From assembly GCA_964545915.1 (NCBI GenBank), contig CAZJHQ010000001.1, positions 248,341 through 312,340 of the forward strand: DNA of 64,000 nucleotides, in the 5' to 3' direction. The notes under the pieces were generated by a model, which saw only the letters and a program-made list of their open reading frames with translations, was not told where the DNA came from and ran no database searches. Positions 39,704 through 49,552 of the stretch are shown piece after piece (position 1 is the stretch's first letter; every line of letters starts with the position of its first letter). Source of the stretch: an uncultured Candidatus Kuenenia sp. (GTDB taxonomy: Bacteria; Planctomycetota; Planctomycetia; Pirellulales; UBA1268). The position numbers and the translations under genes were made by a program.

Positions 39704-40762
39704 TCACTTGGGCGTGGCCTTCAGAAACGAAAACGGCTCCGCGGGCCGCAGGGAACCGCTCGCGTCGCCACTGTAGGTTTCGCCAGCCTTGAGCGGCAGC
39801 TTCTTCACAGCGGCCCCGGCCGTGAAGTCGAGCTTTTCCAGCGGCATCCAGAACACCGTCGGGCTGGTGGCCGAGTCGAAGTAGAGGGTCCGGGCCTTCT
39901 GGTCGTGCACCGTCCGCCAGATCGTGCTCGCGACGTTTGGTTCACCAGGGGTCGTGATGCCCAGCGGCGCCGAAGCGTTGCGGATCACGCTGAAGACCGA
40001 TGCGATCGCCCGACTACCGGCGAGATTCTCCGGGATCGCATCGATGTAGAAGCTGGCCCGCACGAAGCGATCGCTGGCGCGGATCGTGCCCGGCAGCATC
40101 ACGTCGCCGCCGATTTGCCGCCAGTAAGCATTCAGCGCGAGCTGCTCGTCGAAGGGAGGCGAGTTGGTCATCACGTTGTAGCGGCGACCGTGGTGCACCT
40201 TCAGGCGTCCGCCGAGATACTCGAAGATCGCCGAATCGCCCGACGGGTCGGAGATCGACAGGTGCCCGACTCCCGGCTCCCCATTCGGAAGCACCGGCGC
40301 CACGATCGTGAAGGGTTCCTTTTCCAGTGCCGCCACCGCCTCGGCAACCGTCGCGTAGTTGTCGAGCACATACTGGGCCCAACCGCCGATCGACAGGTGC
40401 GGTCGCCCGGCAACGCTCGTGCCGTAATCGCTCTCAGCGAGGTAAAGAATGTTGGCGACGAGCCCCTTCTCGTTCATGCCGTCGGCGGTCGCTATCCCGT
40501 AGAAACTCACGCCCACCGAACCAAACCGGCTCGTCCACTCGAGGCTGGCCGGCCCGGCATTGCCGTGCCGTTTCATCCCGCGCGGAAAGACCCACATCTC
40601 TGAACCAGGATCCTCGACCCAATCCATCGATCGCCCGACGACCACTGTGCCGTCGGCGAACGCTCGCATGCATCGGGTGCATGCGACAGCCGGCGTCGTG
40701 GCGAGGAGCGATCCGGCCAGTGCCGCGGTCGACGCCCATCGCATGAAGCTCGAGCAAGTCAT
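39704..40762 (-). CDS. Choloylglycine hydrolase-family linear amide C-N hydrolase (Ntn, Cys nucleophile)
   Basis: Signal peptide ending ...PAVA|CTR. ...GRSMDW...GMNEKGL.... 352 aa. Confidence 0.75.
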   Translation of the reverse strand: MTCSSFMRWASTAALAGSLLATTPAVACTRCMRAFADGTVVVGRSMDWVEDPGSEMWVFPRGMKRHGNAGPASLEWTSRFGSVGVSFYGIATADGMNEKGLVANILYLAESDYGTSVAGRPHLSIGGWAQYVLDNYATVAEAVAALEKEPFTIVAPVLPNGEPGVGHLSISDPSGDSAIFEYLGGRLKVHHGRRYNVMTNSPPFDEQLALNAYWRQIGGDVMLPGTIRASDRFVRASFYIDAIPENLAGSRAIASVFSVIRNASAPLGITTPGEPNVASTIWRTVHDQKARTLYFDSATSPTVFWMPLEKLDFTAGAAVKKLPLKAGETYSGDASGSLRPAEPFSFLKATPK

Positions 40763-40804
40763 CGGAAAATCCTCCAGGTGTGAGAAATCATGCGGCGGGA
40801 GGCA

Positions 40805-41029
40805 TCAGTTTCCGAGCCCCGCGCAGCCGCCCATGCCGCACTGCGGGCGGCCGCAGCCCTCGGCCGCAGCCGAAGGTCCACCGCCGCCGGCCACGTGACC
40901 GCTGACGACGCTCAACAGCTTGGTGAGCTTGGCGCTCTGGCAGTGCGGGCACGCAGGCTTCTCGTTGCCGCGAATGAGCAGCTCGACTTTTCGGCTGCAC
41001 TTCTCACAGGAATATTCGTACAACGGCAT
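40805..41029 (-). CDS. FmdB-family zinc-ribbon protein
   Basis: MPLYEYSCEKCSRKVELLIRGNEKPACPHCQSAKLTKLLS is the canonical FmdB/CxxC N-terminus. Confidence 0.8.
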   Translation of the reverse strand: MPLYEYSCEKCSRKVELLIRGNEKPACPHCQSAKLTKLLSVVSGHVAGGGGPSAAAEGCGRPQCGMGGCAGLGN

Positions 41030-41065
41030 CGGCTTCAGCTCCCTGACGCGAGGATTGCATTTTAC

Positions 41066-41671
41066 ATGGACACGTTCGACGCGATCAATCAACGGCGATC
41101 GGTGAAGGCTTACGACCCAAACTATCGCTTCACCGCCGCTGAGGAAACGAAACTCCTCGAGGCTGCGATCCAATCGCCGACGTCGTTCAACATGCAGAAC
41201 TGGCGATTCGTGGTCGTCCGCGACCCCGACCTGCGGAAACAGATCCGTGCCGCCGCTGTCGATCAGGCACAGGTAACCGACGCGTCGCTCCTGATCGTGC
41301 TTACCGCCGACCTCAAGGCTTGGAAGAAGTCGCCCGAGCGGTATTGGCGGAACGCCGCGCCCGAGATCCAGAAACTGGTCACGGGCTGGATGGGGCCGTT
41401 CTACGAAGGGAAGGAGCAGCTGCAGCGGGATGAGGCGATGCGGTCGTGCGGGATCGCGGGGCAGACGATCATGCTCGCGGCCAAGGCCATGGGTTACGAC
41501 TCCTGCCCGATGATCGGCTTCGACCCTGTGAAGGTAACCGAGATCATCAACCTCCCGAGCGACCACGTGATCGGCTTCATGGTCGCCGTCGGCAAGGCCG
41601 TGAAACCTGCCCTGCCGAAGGGCGGCCAACTGGCCCTGTCCGAGGTGGTGGTGCAGGACCGGTTCGCGTGA
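41066..41671 (+). CDS. Nitroreductase family protein
   Basis: MDTFDAINQRRSVKAYDP...MQNWRFVVV.... 201 aa. Confidence 0.85.
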   Translation: MDTFDAINQRRSVKAYDPNYRFTAAEETKLLEAAIQSPTSFNMQNWRFVVVRDPDLRKQIRAAAVDQAQVTDASLLIVLTADLKAWKKSPERYWRNAAPEIQKLVTGWMGPFYEGKEQLQRDEAMRSCGIAGQTIMLAAKAMGYDSCPMIGFDPVKVTEIINLPSDHVIGFMVAVGKAVKPALPKGGQLALSEVVVQDRFA

Positions 41672-41689
41672 GGCGCTTTTGCGCCCCGG

Positions 41690-42202
41690 ACGGCCACTGC
41701 CTTGGACGGTCCGTGACGCGCGCTGCTCGTCGCCCTTCTTGAACGTCCCAATGTGTTCCGCCCGCGCCACGATGTGCCCGTCCATGGCCCGCTCCAGTTC
41801 AGCCTTCGTCGGATGCTCCAAGCCTCTGAGCATGCAGTCGAGCGCGTAGAGCTTGAAGAAGTAGCGATGTCGGCCAATTGGTGGACACGGCCCGCCGTAG
41901 CCGACCTTCTTCCAGTCGTTTCGGCCTTCGTGCGTCCCCGGCGGCAGGTCCGCTCCGCCAATACCCTCGAGAAGGCCCGTGACGTCGGGCGGAATGTCGT
42001 AGAGCACCCAGTGAACCCACACACGCTTCGGCGCGGCAGGGTCAGGAGCGTCGGGGTCATCCACGATCAACGCCAAACTCTTCATGCCCTCGGGAACCCC
42101 AGACCACTCCAAGGCCGGTGAAATATCGTCGCCTTCGCAGGTATATCGGCGCGGTATGGGTTCGCCGTACTCGAAGGCCGGGGAAGTGATCCGGAGGGCC
42201 AT
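41690..42202 (-). CDS. YbhB/YbcL (PEBP) family protein; no in-frame stop at the expected end
   Basis: MALRITSPAFEYGEPIPRRYTCEGDDISPALEWSGVPEG...GYGGPCPPIGRHRYFFKLYALD...GTFKKG. The frame stays open antisense through the nitroreductase gene down to 40805. The lower coordinate given is only the end of the domain-like part. Confidence 0.6.
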
Positions 42203-42389
42203 GGCAAGAGTCCTTCGCAGGAAAACAGACAACTCGCACTACGACGAAATACTACGAATGCTGCTTTGCCCCGGGTACGCGCTGGTGCCCGTGACGCTCA
42301 CCAGCCACAGCCAGCCCCGCTCACGTGTCACTGCGTAGGATTGCGCATGTCATAGCCCGTTCGAAAGCCAGAGATCCGGGGAGGTAGCC

Positions 42390-42806
42390 ATGGCCGTACC
42401 CAGCACGCTTTCTCAGGCCGAACTTCTATCGAAGCTTGTGGCTGTCGCGACGACGAACACCGGCACTGCCCTGACGGCCACAGACGGCACCATCACGGGC
42501 ACACTCACGGCGATCAAGGCGAAATGGTTCCTTGGCGGCCGGAAGGTCACGAGCAATTTCAGATGTACGCTCGACCCGGCCACTCATGAGGCGCACTTCC
42601 GGGAGTCGGCCGTGGAGAGCTCGTGGGGACTACCGCCGCCCACGTTCACCATCGAGACCACGTCGCAATTCGGCTCCCGCGTGAACACAACCCAGACGGA
42701 CACGGGCGTGGGGGGCGGCGGCAGACTCGAGTTTGGCAAGTTCCGGCAAGACTTCGAGCGGGTGGTGCAGGACGCCGGCTGGAAGTTCGTCTACGAAATC
42801 GCCTGA
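42390..42806 (+). CDS. Hypothetical protein
   Basis: 138-aa ORF preceded by ggggagg. Coding-like composition; family not recognised. Confidence 0.5.
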   Translation: MAVPSTLSQAELLSKLVAVATTNTGTALTATDGTITGTLTAIKAKWFLGGRKVTSNFRCTLDPATHEAHFRESAVESSWGLPPPTFTIETTSQFGSRVNTTQTDTGVGGGGRLEFGKFRQDFERVVQDAGWKFVYEIA

Positions 42807-42811
42807 CGGCC

Positions 42812-43339
42812 GTGCCCACCACGATCTCGATCAACCGGGCGCCCGTCCTCACGCTCTGGGCAGCCGTCGTCGCACAGCGACTCGGGTTCCGCTGGGATGA
42901 GTCGCTGAGCCTCGGCAAGGCATTGGCGGGCCTAAACGCCCAGTCCAAGGGACGGCGGCTGGGGATCTTCAAGCCGCACGAGGAGAAGACGAAGGCGGCC
43001 CGTAAGCGGGAGCGCGGCGAGAAGTTCTGGATTGAACTCTGTGGCCGCCTAGTGCCAGCGAAGAACACAGCGGACGGCATCCGTGCACTGACCGGCCGGA
43101 GCGTGGCCACCGCCGAAAGCGCGGAGGCCTATCTGGAGGAGACGAAGTTTGGCGACGATCTGGAGGCGGCTCGCGCCGCGATGACGACGCTGGCCCATGC
43201 GTACCGACCGCGGGACTTGGCGAACGAGGCCTTCGCTCTCTACGAGGAGTTCCGGCCCGCGATCCCCGAAGGCGTGAAGGGCTGGGGGGCCAAGCGGCTC
43301 CTCGACCTCCGGACAATCCGATCGCTCGCGAACGCCTAG
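42812..43339 (+). CDS. Hypothetical protein
   Basis: GTG at 42812 in ORF 42623..43339, right after the previous stop. ...NRAPVLTLWAAVVAQRLGFRWDESLSLGKALAGLNAQSKG... looks conserved. Confidence 0.5.
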   Translation: MPTTISINRAPVLTLWAAVVAQRLGFRWDESLSLGKALAGLNAQSKGRRLGIFKPHEEKTKAARKRERGEKFWIELCGRLVPAKNTADGIRALTGRSVATAESAEAYLEETKFGDDLEAARAAMTTLAHAYRPRDLANEAFALYEEFRPAIPEGVKGWGAKRLLDLRTIRSLANA

Positions 43340-43392
43340 AACGTGCCTACTGGCCTCATGTGCCTCAGACCACATCGCTCCCCTGCGGAGAG

Positions 43393-45012
43393 TTACCGGC
43401 GACGCTCCTCCGCCTCGATCTGCTTGTAAACAGCCTCAGCCTCCTCTGCTTCTTTGATGCGACCCGTTGCCCTGAGTATTCCGGCCCTCAGGCCAATGAG
43501 GTCGCCAGTAATCGAGCCGGTTCGGACATCGTCCTGCGCGGTGAATCGGGCGAAGGCATCCTCGATGAGACGTTCCGCCTCCTCGCGCTCATTCATCGCG
43601 ATGTAACTGACGGTGAGCAGGTGAATGGTTTGCAGAGTCTCTCGGCTGCCTCGGCCCGTTGTCTTTTCGAGCATGGCCAGGGATCGGCGAAGGAGCGCAC
43701 GCGCTTCCTCCATCTCGCCGGCCGCGAGTTGATATTTCGCCAGTGAGTACAAAGCAACACCCGTGTTGGACAGCGGCTCGCCCTTCGTCCTCTCTAGGGC
43801 GGCAAGGACTTCGCGGCCCTCCTTCACCGCATCGTCGATCTTCACGTTCGCGTAGAGTGCCTCGGCGAGCCGGTGTCGCAGGCCGATAACCAGTGCGTCA
43901 TCATCCCCACGGACCTTCCGCTGCAGTGCGATTGCACGACGATAGAGATCGACGGCCTTGTCTGGTTTACCGGCTTCGAGCATATGGTCACCGTAGTCAC
44001 CCAGTGCGTCGGCAAGCAGGGCCAGGTTGGATGCAGGGACCGACTCAAGCTTTGCGAGGAGTTCTTGATGAAGTCGGTCGGACTCCGCCTGTCGCCCCAC
44101 GAGCGCCAGCGAGTCGGCTTTCAAGTGCATGGTGACGAGTGTGCGCGACGCATTCGGACCAAAACTTCTCCTGTAGACATCGAAGGCCTCGGTGGCGAGT
44201 GTCGTGGCCTCTCGGGCGCGCTCCTTCCCCTGGCTGAGCAGGACCTGAGCCAACCGGGAGCATGACTCCGCCACGTCGGGGTGGCTCCTAGGAAGCATGG
44301 TTCGCCGGAGTTCCAGACTGCGCCGGATGAGAGACTCTGCGATCGTGATATCGCCAAGTGCCCCCATGATGGCGCCGAGCGAACACAGGCTTTGAGCCGT
44401 CAAGGGATCGGCCAATCCCTTGGTGCGCTCCCGGACGTGAATCGCCCTCCGCATCAAAGGCTCGGCTTCCTGGGCGCGGTCTTGCACATATAGGAACCAT
44501 CCGAGGTTGTTGAGCGCGTGACCAGTCGCAGAGTGCTCCGGACCGACTGCTTCCTCCGCCAACGCGAGTGCTTTGCGATACAGAGACTCCGCCTCCTTTG
44601 GGCTCGCGACCGTCTGCGCGAGGTCACCCATGGCATAGGCCAGCGCAGTCACATCCGGCGGATCGGCTCGTTCAAGGATGGCGATCGCGTCGCGAAGAAG
44701 CGGGGAGGCGGCGATCTTGTCGTCGACCTCAAGGTAGGCCACTGCCAAAGCGCGCTTGGCCGCGCCGGTCCAAGGATCTTCCGCGCCGAGCGTTTTTTCG
44801 GAGGTCGATACGGCGGCTTTGCCTGCCTCGATCGCCTTCGTGTAGTCGCCTCGCTCACAGAGTTCTCGGACCTGCCGCGTCATTGCGGCCACGTGCGCCT
44901 TCTCGTCCTTGCGTGCCTCTGGCAGGTCGCCAGCAATCGCCTGCACGTGCGTGACGGCGATCCAAACCAAGAGTAAGGACTGGGGGAGGAAGGACAAGAA
45001 TGTGTGACGCAT
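43393..45012 (-). CDS. Tetratricopeptide (TPR_12-type) repeat protein, secreted
   Basis: Signal peptide, then more than 10 repeats of the ...A...L..LA.VY...G.Y.EAE.L..RAL.I.E... pattern. Confidence 0.8.
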   Translation of the reverse strand: MRHTFLSFLPQSLLLVWIAVTHVQAIAGDLPEARKDEKAHVAAMTRQVRELCERGDYTKAIEAGKAAVSTSEKTLGAEDPWTGAAKRALAVAYLEVDDKIAASPLLRDAIAILERADPPDVTALAYAMGDLAQTVASPKEAESLYRKALALAEEAVGPEHSATGHALNNLGWFLYVQDRAQEAEPLMRRAIHVRERTKGLADPLTAQSLCSLGAIMGALGDITIAESLIRRSLELRRTMLPRSHPDVAESCSRLAQVLLSQGKERAREATTLATEAFDVYRRSFGPNASRTLVTMHLKADSLALVGRQAESDRLHQELLAKLESVPASNLALLADALGDYGDHMLEAGKPDKAVDLYRRAIALQRKVRGDDDALVIGLRHRLAEALYANVKIDDAVKEGREVLAALERTKGEPLSNTGVALYSLAKYQLAAGEMEEARALLRRSLAMLEKTTGRGSRETLQTIHLLTVSYIAMNEREEAERLIEDAFARFTAQDDVRTGSITGDLIGLRAGILRATGRIKEAEEAEAVYKQIEAEERRR

Positions 45013-45300
45013 GACAGTTTTCTCTAGCGACCCGGGGTTCGACTATCTGTGGCTACGGAACTCTACGCAGGAATTCTGTGGCCCCAGCCGGCGTGGGCTC
45101 CTCGTTGCACGCGTTGGGGAGGACACGTCGTCAGGTATGTGCGTGCACCGCAGCTAAACTGAGGCTGGAATGGCGGGTAGCGAAATTGGTCGATGGGTAT
45201 TGGACAATTCGCTCACTGGCCAACGGATAGACTTCGCGCCGCGGGCCGCGGACACCCGGCGCGCAGCAATTTCCTCTGGCCCGGAGCGGGGTGGTGTCGT

Positions 45301-45600
45301 ATGGGACGCTTGACCCTGAAGGTCGTGCCGGGGTCGTCGCGGGACGAGGTCGTGGGGTGGCTCGGCGACTCGCTGAAGGTGAAGGTGAAAGCACCGCCCG
45401 AGAAGGGGCGGGCCAATGAGGCCGTTGTCGCCCTGCTCGCCGACCGCCTCGGGATCGACCCGTCGAGCATCGCCGTGGTGAGCGGCCACGGGTCGCCCGC
45501 GAAGGTCGTGGCCATCAATGGCATCGACGACAACGCGATCCGGCAGGCGTTTCCCAGCGAAAAGCCCCGAAAAACCAGTGGTGTGAGGAAGCGGGAATAA
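45301..45600 (+). CDS. DUF167 (YggU) family protein
   Basis: LTLKVVPGSSRDEVVGWLGDSLKVKVKAPPEKGRANEAVVALLADRLGI...V.SG..S..K. Confidence 0.8.
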   Translation: MGRLTLKVVPGSSRDEVVGWLGDSLKVKVKAPPEKGRANEAVVALLADRLGIDPSSIAVVSGHGSPAKVVAINGIDDNAIRQAFPSEKPRKTSGVRKRE

Positions 45601-45669
45601 GCGAGTTACCCGTTCGGGAGACGCACCTATTCCCGGTTGCTTACTCCGCCGATTTTCCCGACGTTTTCG

Positions 45670-45894
45670 TCATCCACAGCGGCGGCGGGCGAGTTGCCGG
45701 GCCTGGGCCCGCCGCGATGCATGGCTTTCCAGCAGATAGATACCGCGGCCGGCCAGCCACTGGGCCAGCGACACGCAGAGATGGCGAGCGCGGCCAGTGG
45801 GCCGCCGCTCGTAGAGTTTCAGGATGACCGAGCCGTCGGGCATGTAGCGAACATGCCGCACTGGCCGGTCGTTGAATGTGGTGATTTTCACCAC
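45670..45894 (-). CDS. Small hypothetical protein
   Basis: GGAAGG 6 nt upstream of the GTG start. 74 aa. Confidence 0.35.
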   Translation of the reverse strand: MVKITTFNDRPVRHVRYMPDGSVILKLYERRPTGRARHLCVSLAQWLAGRGIYLLESHASRRAQARQLARRRCG

Positions 45895-45917
45895 GGGACC
45901 TTCCGTGAAAAAAAGAA

Positions 45918-45995
45918 GGCGGGGGCGACGCCCGAAGGCACCGCCCCTGCCGTGAGAAAGACAAAAGAGCCGACCGGGCTATGACGCCCGGCGGC
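45918..45995. repeat. Direct repeat copy 1 (hairpin plus copy of the recombinase gene 3' end)
   Basis: ggcgggggcgacgcccgaaggcaccgcccctgccgtga...gggctatgacgcccggcggc is about 77 nt matching 47682-47759. Confidence 0.7.
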
Positions 45996-46094
45996 CAAAG
46001 GCCCGCTGACCTGTTGGCCAGCCCGCCTCGGGGCTGCGTAGAGTTCCAGCGAGCCGTTCCCGCTCACCTACTCCCAACTGAAAAGGGCTGACCC

Positions 46095-46499
46095 ATGCTG
46101 TCGCCGACCACGCCGCTCGTGATGCGGCTCGTTCTCGCCGCCGCCGTGACGGAGCCAGCGGCTGCCCACGCTGCGGACGCCCCGCACGCCGATGCCGCCG
46201 CCAAGGACGCGTGCATCAAGGCCGGCAACGAGTGCCTGCGGGCCTGCCGCGAATGCATCCTGGGCTGCGACTGCCCGGGCTGCGAGAAAACCTGCCTGAC
46301 CTGCATCGAGACGTGTCGGACGTGCGTCGCGCTACTCGAGTACGACTCGCCGCTGGCCGAGGAGATGTGTGAGGTCTGCGAGGAGGCGTGCGAGCAGTGC
46401 GCCGGCGAATGCACGAAATGCGGTGACGCGCCATGCTGCAAGGCGTGCGCGGCAGCGTGCCGGTCGTGCCACGACGCCTGCAAGGCGATGACGAGGTGA
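46095..46499 (+). CDS. Cys-rich four-helix-bundle copper-binding protein (DUF326 / Csp-like), with signal peptide
   Basis: More than 20 Cys in repeated CxxxC/CxxC spacing (ECLRACRECILGCDC, CLTCIETCRTC, CEVCEEACEQCAGECTKC, CCKACAAACRSCHDAC). Confidence 0.7.
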   Translation: MLSPTTPLVMRLVLAAAVTEPAAAHAADAPHADAAAKDACIKAGNECLRACRECILGCDCPGCEKTCLTCIETCRTCVALLEYDSPLAEEMCEVCEEACEQCAGECTKCGDAPCCKACAAACRSCHDACKAMTR

Positions 46500-46528
46500 G
46501 CCCCGGCGGGGCTACCGGCGGATGCCCA

Positions 46529-46873
46529 TCATGACTCGCGAAACACGAAGTAGACGGCGCCGCAGATGCAGAGGGCTGCCCACAGGTAGTTGAGCTTCAG
46601 GGGTTGCTTCATGTAGAGCACCGCAAACGGCACGAACACCGAGAGCGCGATCACCTCCTGCAGGATCTTCAGCTGCCCGAGGTTCATCGTCGTGTAGCCG
46701 ATCCGGTTGGCGGGCACCTGCAGTAGGTACTCGGCAAGCGCGACGCCCCAGCTCACGAGGGCGGCGATAAACCATGGCCGGCCACTCATGTCCTTGAGGT
46801 GGGCGTACCACGCGAACGTCATGAACACGTTTGAGCAGATCAGCAGGAGCGTCGTCTGGAGCAGGACGGGCAT
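46529..46873 (-). CDS. DMT-superfamily small membrane protein (DUF486)
   Basis: ATG at 46873. MPVLLQTTLLLICSNVFMTFAWYAHLK...LGQLKILQEVI... is the typical DUF486 sequence. Confidence 0.75.
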   Translation of the reverse strand: MPVLLQTTLLLICSNVFMTFAWYAHLKDMSGRPWFIAALVSWGVALAEYLLQVPANRIGYTTMNLGQLKILQEVIALSVFVPFAVLYMKQPLKLNYLWAALCICGAVYFVFRES

Positions 46874-46963
46874 GGTGTGTAAGCACTCACGGGTTGGGAA
46901 TCCGGCACCCACGAAACCTCGCAGCCGAAGTCCAAGGGAGCCGGGCGGCAAGCCACTACCGGC

Positions 46964-47362
46964 TCAGTCGACTCGTGCCAGCGGCACATGCGGGTACGAC
47001 AGGATTCGCTGATCCATCGTTACGAGTTCGCAGCCGTGATGCCGCGCCGTAGCAACGATGATCTGATCGGCCGGGTCGCGGTGAAAGGATCCAGGTAGGC
47101 TGCACGCGTCGGCGGCAATGTCCGGAGTAAGCTCAAGGAGCTTTACTCCGGGATAGGCGAGCGCTGCGTGGAGCCATTGATCGGTTGGCATCGGCAGCCT
47201 GAGGCGTCCGTGCTCTACCAGTTTCGCAACCTCCCAGCAGGAGATTGCACTGACGCCGATGTGCCGCGTTTCGTGCTGAGAGATGAACGACTTGGCCGTC
47301 GTCGACAGCCGATCATCCTGATGCACCCACCAGACCCACACGTGTGTGTCGAGGACAATCAC
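46964..47362 (-). CDS. vapC: PIN-domain VapC toxin
   Basis: MIVLDTHVWVWW...SAISCWEVAKL...DPADQIIVATA. Confidence 0.8.
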   Translation of the reverse strand: MIVLDTHVWVWWVHQDDRLSTTAKSFISQHETRHIGVSAISCWEVAKLVEHGRLRLPMPTDQWLHAALAYPGVKLLELTPDIAADACSLPGSFHRDPADQIIVATARHHGCELVTMDQRILSYPHVPLARVD

Positions 47363-47589
47363 CGTGCTGCTTCCCAGTCGCCTTCCGCGACGCTCTCGAA
47401 GGGGCCGATGTACTCCACCTTCATTCCGCTGAGCGGATACCGGGACGTGCCGTCTGCATGGGGGGCGACGATCGGGCTGATCGTGACATCCACCCTTTGC
47501 CCAGGCTCATATGGCAACTGGTCGAGAATGACAGAACCATGCGCTCCGACAGTCGCTTGAACATGAACATGCTTATCGGGTTGATTCAT
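47359..47589 (-). CDS. Putative VapB-type antitoxin
   Basis: 76 aa, 4-nt overlap with vapC. Confidence 0.55.
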   Translation of the reverse strand: MNQPDKHVHVQATVGAHGSVILDQLPYEPGQRVDVTISPIVAPHADGTSRYPLSGMKVEYIGPFESVAEGDWEAAR

Positions 47590-47681
47590 GGATTTGGCAC
47601 CTCATCGGGTAACGACCACGAGCTCAAGTATACGGTCGCGCAGTGTAGACAGCACTGTGGGGACCGTGGTGTTTGAAAGCG

Positions 47682-47759
47682 GGCAGGGGCGGCATCCGAA
47701 GGCACCGCCCCTGCCGTGACGAACATAAGCAGGCCGAGCGGGCTATGACGCCCGGCGGC
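47682..47759. repeat. Direct repeat copy 2 (recombinase gene 3' end plus 11-bp-stem terminator-like hairpin GGCAGGGGCGG...CCGCCCCTGCC)
   Basis: See copy 1 at 45918. The hairpin at 47682-47715 lies just downstream of the recombinase stop on the minus strand. Confidence 0.7.
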
Positions 47760-49435
47760 GTTTGCCGCCGCCCTTGCGTTCGCCGGCCTTCAGCCAGTGC
47801 TTGCTGCACCACTGGGGAACTCGGTCCGGTTTCTCGGTCAGTCGATGGTAGGGCTCGGGAAGCCCTGCCTCCTCCATCAACTTCGTGATCCGGGCGCAGT
47901 TGTGCATGTTGTCCTTCGTGAGATCGAGTTCCTTGGCGATCTCCTTGTAGGTTTTCCCGTCCAGTCGTCGCTGCACGATCACGCAGGCGTGCTTCACCAA
48001 CTGCGGCTCGTCGTACGCATTGACCACGAGCGTTCGCTGGAGCATCACCGCGGGCTCGCCAGCCGGCGAATCGCCTTCCGCCGGTGCCGCCTGGCGGAGC
48101 GGGGCCGCAACGGCCGACGGTAGCGCCGCCACGAGGTTGAGCGTGAACTCCAACCGCGGCACGACCCGCTTGCCGTCGATCCGCATGAACGGCACCACGC
48201 GGATCGGCCCATCGAGCAATTGCCGCAGGATCACCGCCGCCCGGGCCTCGTCGCCTAGCAACTGCCCCTTCACGGCCTCGATCGGTACGTTCCCGGAGGC
48301 AATAAACCCGGTTCCAGCACTTTCCCTTCGCCGATGCGGAGCAGCGGTAGGACCCGTTTGTCTTCCCGTAGGAATACATCGGGGCTCCGCAGATGCCGCA
48401 GGTGAAGACACCGGAGAGGAGGCCGCGCCGCTGGCGCGTCGTGCCGCGGAGCGGATGGCCCGCGCGACGGACCGGCTTCTGAAACACCCGCCGTTTATCG
48501 ACGACCTCGTTGGCCTGGTACCAGAGGTGGTCCGACACGATCCGCAGATGAGGGCTCTCCCGCGTCTGGATCTTGTCCTCGTCGTTCCAGACGGGCTCCG
48601 ATTTACCGGTCCGGAGCTTCCTCTTGTAGATTCTCACGCGATAGGTTTCGAACCCTCGATACTTGGTCCGCCGGATGATCGCGTTGACGTTGCCAGGCGT
48701 CCATTTCGCCTGCCTCGCCCACTTGACCTTGGCGAACTTGATCGAGTCGAGCCACTCACCCACCTCGGCGGACGTCTCACCCGCCGCGATCCTTTCAAAG
48801 ATCTCCCGGATGATCAGGGCCTTCTCGGGATCGATCTCGTCGTAGAACGGCCCCTTGGCGGGCTCGGTCTCCGTCGCCGGCACGGTACACCGGCGCTTGT
48901 AGCCGATGACCGTGTTGCCCACCGCGGCCCCGCGGGCCCATAGGCCGTCGTGGGCCCGCCGGATCCGCTGCCGGGTATAGAAGTTCGACCGCGAGTGCTG
49001 CATCTGGCACATATGCAGCCGGTCGGGCCAGTCGTCGTCGGCCGTGTCGATGTAGTCCGACGGGCAGATCACCCGCACGCCGGCGTCCACCGCGGACTCG
49101 AAGAGCTCGCCGGCCTTCGTGTGGTGGCGGTAGAGGCGGCTCGACTCTTCGGCGATGATCAGGTCCCACCGCTTGGACTCGATGCCGGCCCAGACCTGAT
49201 TGATGCCGGGGCGGTCGGCGATCTCACCGCTGATCTCGGGCTCCTTGATGACGTCGACCGTCACCTGCGAGGGCTTGGTGCCCTTGGGCAGGCTGGTATC
49301 GAGGAAAGCCCGGCAGGCGGTGATCTGATCGTCGATGCTCGACTGCCGCTGCTCCTCGGTCGAAAACCGGGCATGGATCAGGACGCGAAGCTCGCGGCCC
49401 TTCGGCAGCTGGAGGGGTTGGCGGAGGTGCATCAT
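47743..49435 (-). pseudogene. Large serine recombinase, apparently frameshifted near 48310
   Basis: From ATG 49435: resolvase domain RVLIHARFSTEEQRQSSIDDQ...RWDLIIAEESSRLYR, recombinase domain and zinc module ...CGICGAPMYSYGKTNGSYRCSASAKGKCWNRV. The plausible C-terminus (...IASGNVPIEAVKGQLL...TYKEIAKELDLTKDNMHNCARITKLM...) is in another frame (ORF 47743..48411). Confidence 0.75.
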
Positions 49436-49552
49436 CGCCCACCTCCCTTCCGGCCCTTGGATCGTTTGGCTTTCGTGGTGCCGGAATTTGCGCCGGGCGA
49501 CCCACCCTTTTTGGGTTTTCCCCGAGTGATACCGCGTTTGTTGGATCCCTGT

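Noticed and set aside
41672-41685. GGCGC-TTTT-GCGCC as a bidirectional terminator feature
   Set aside because: The stem is only 5 bp, too weak to call on its own. It is mentioned only as context for the missing PEBP stop.
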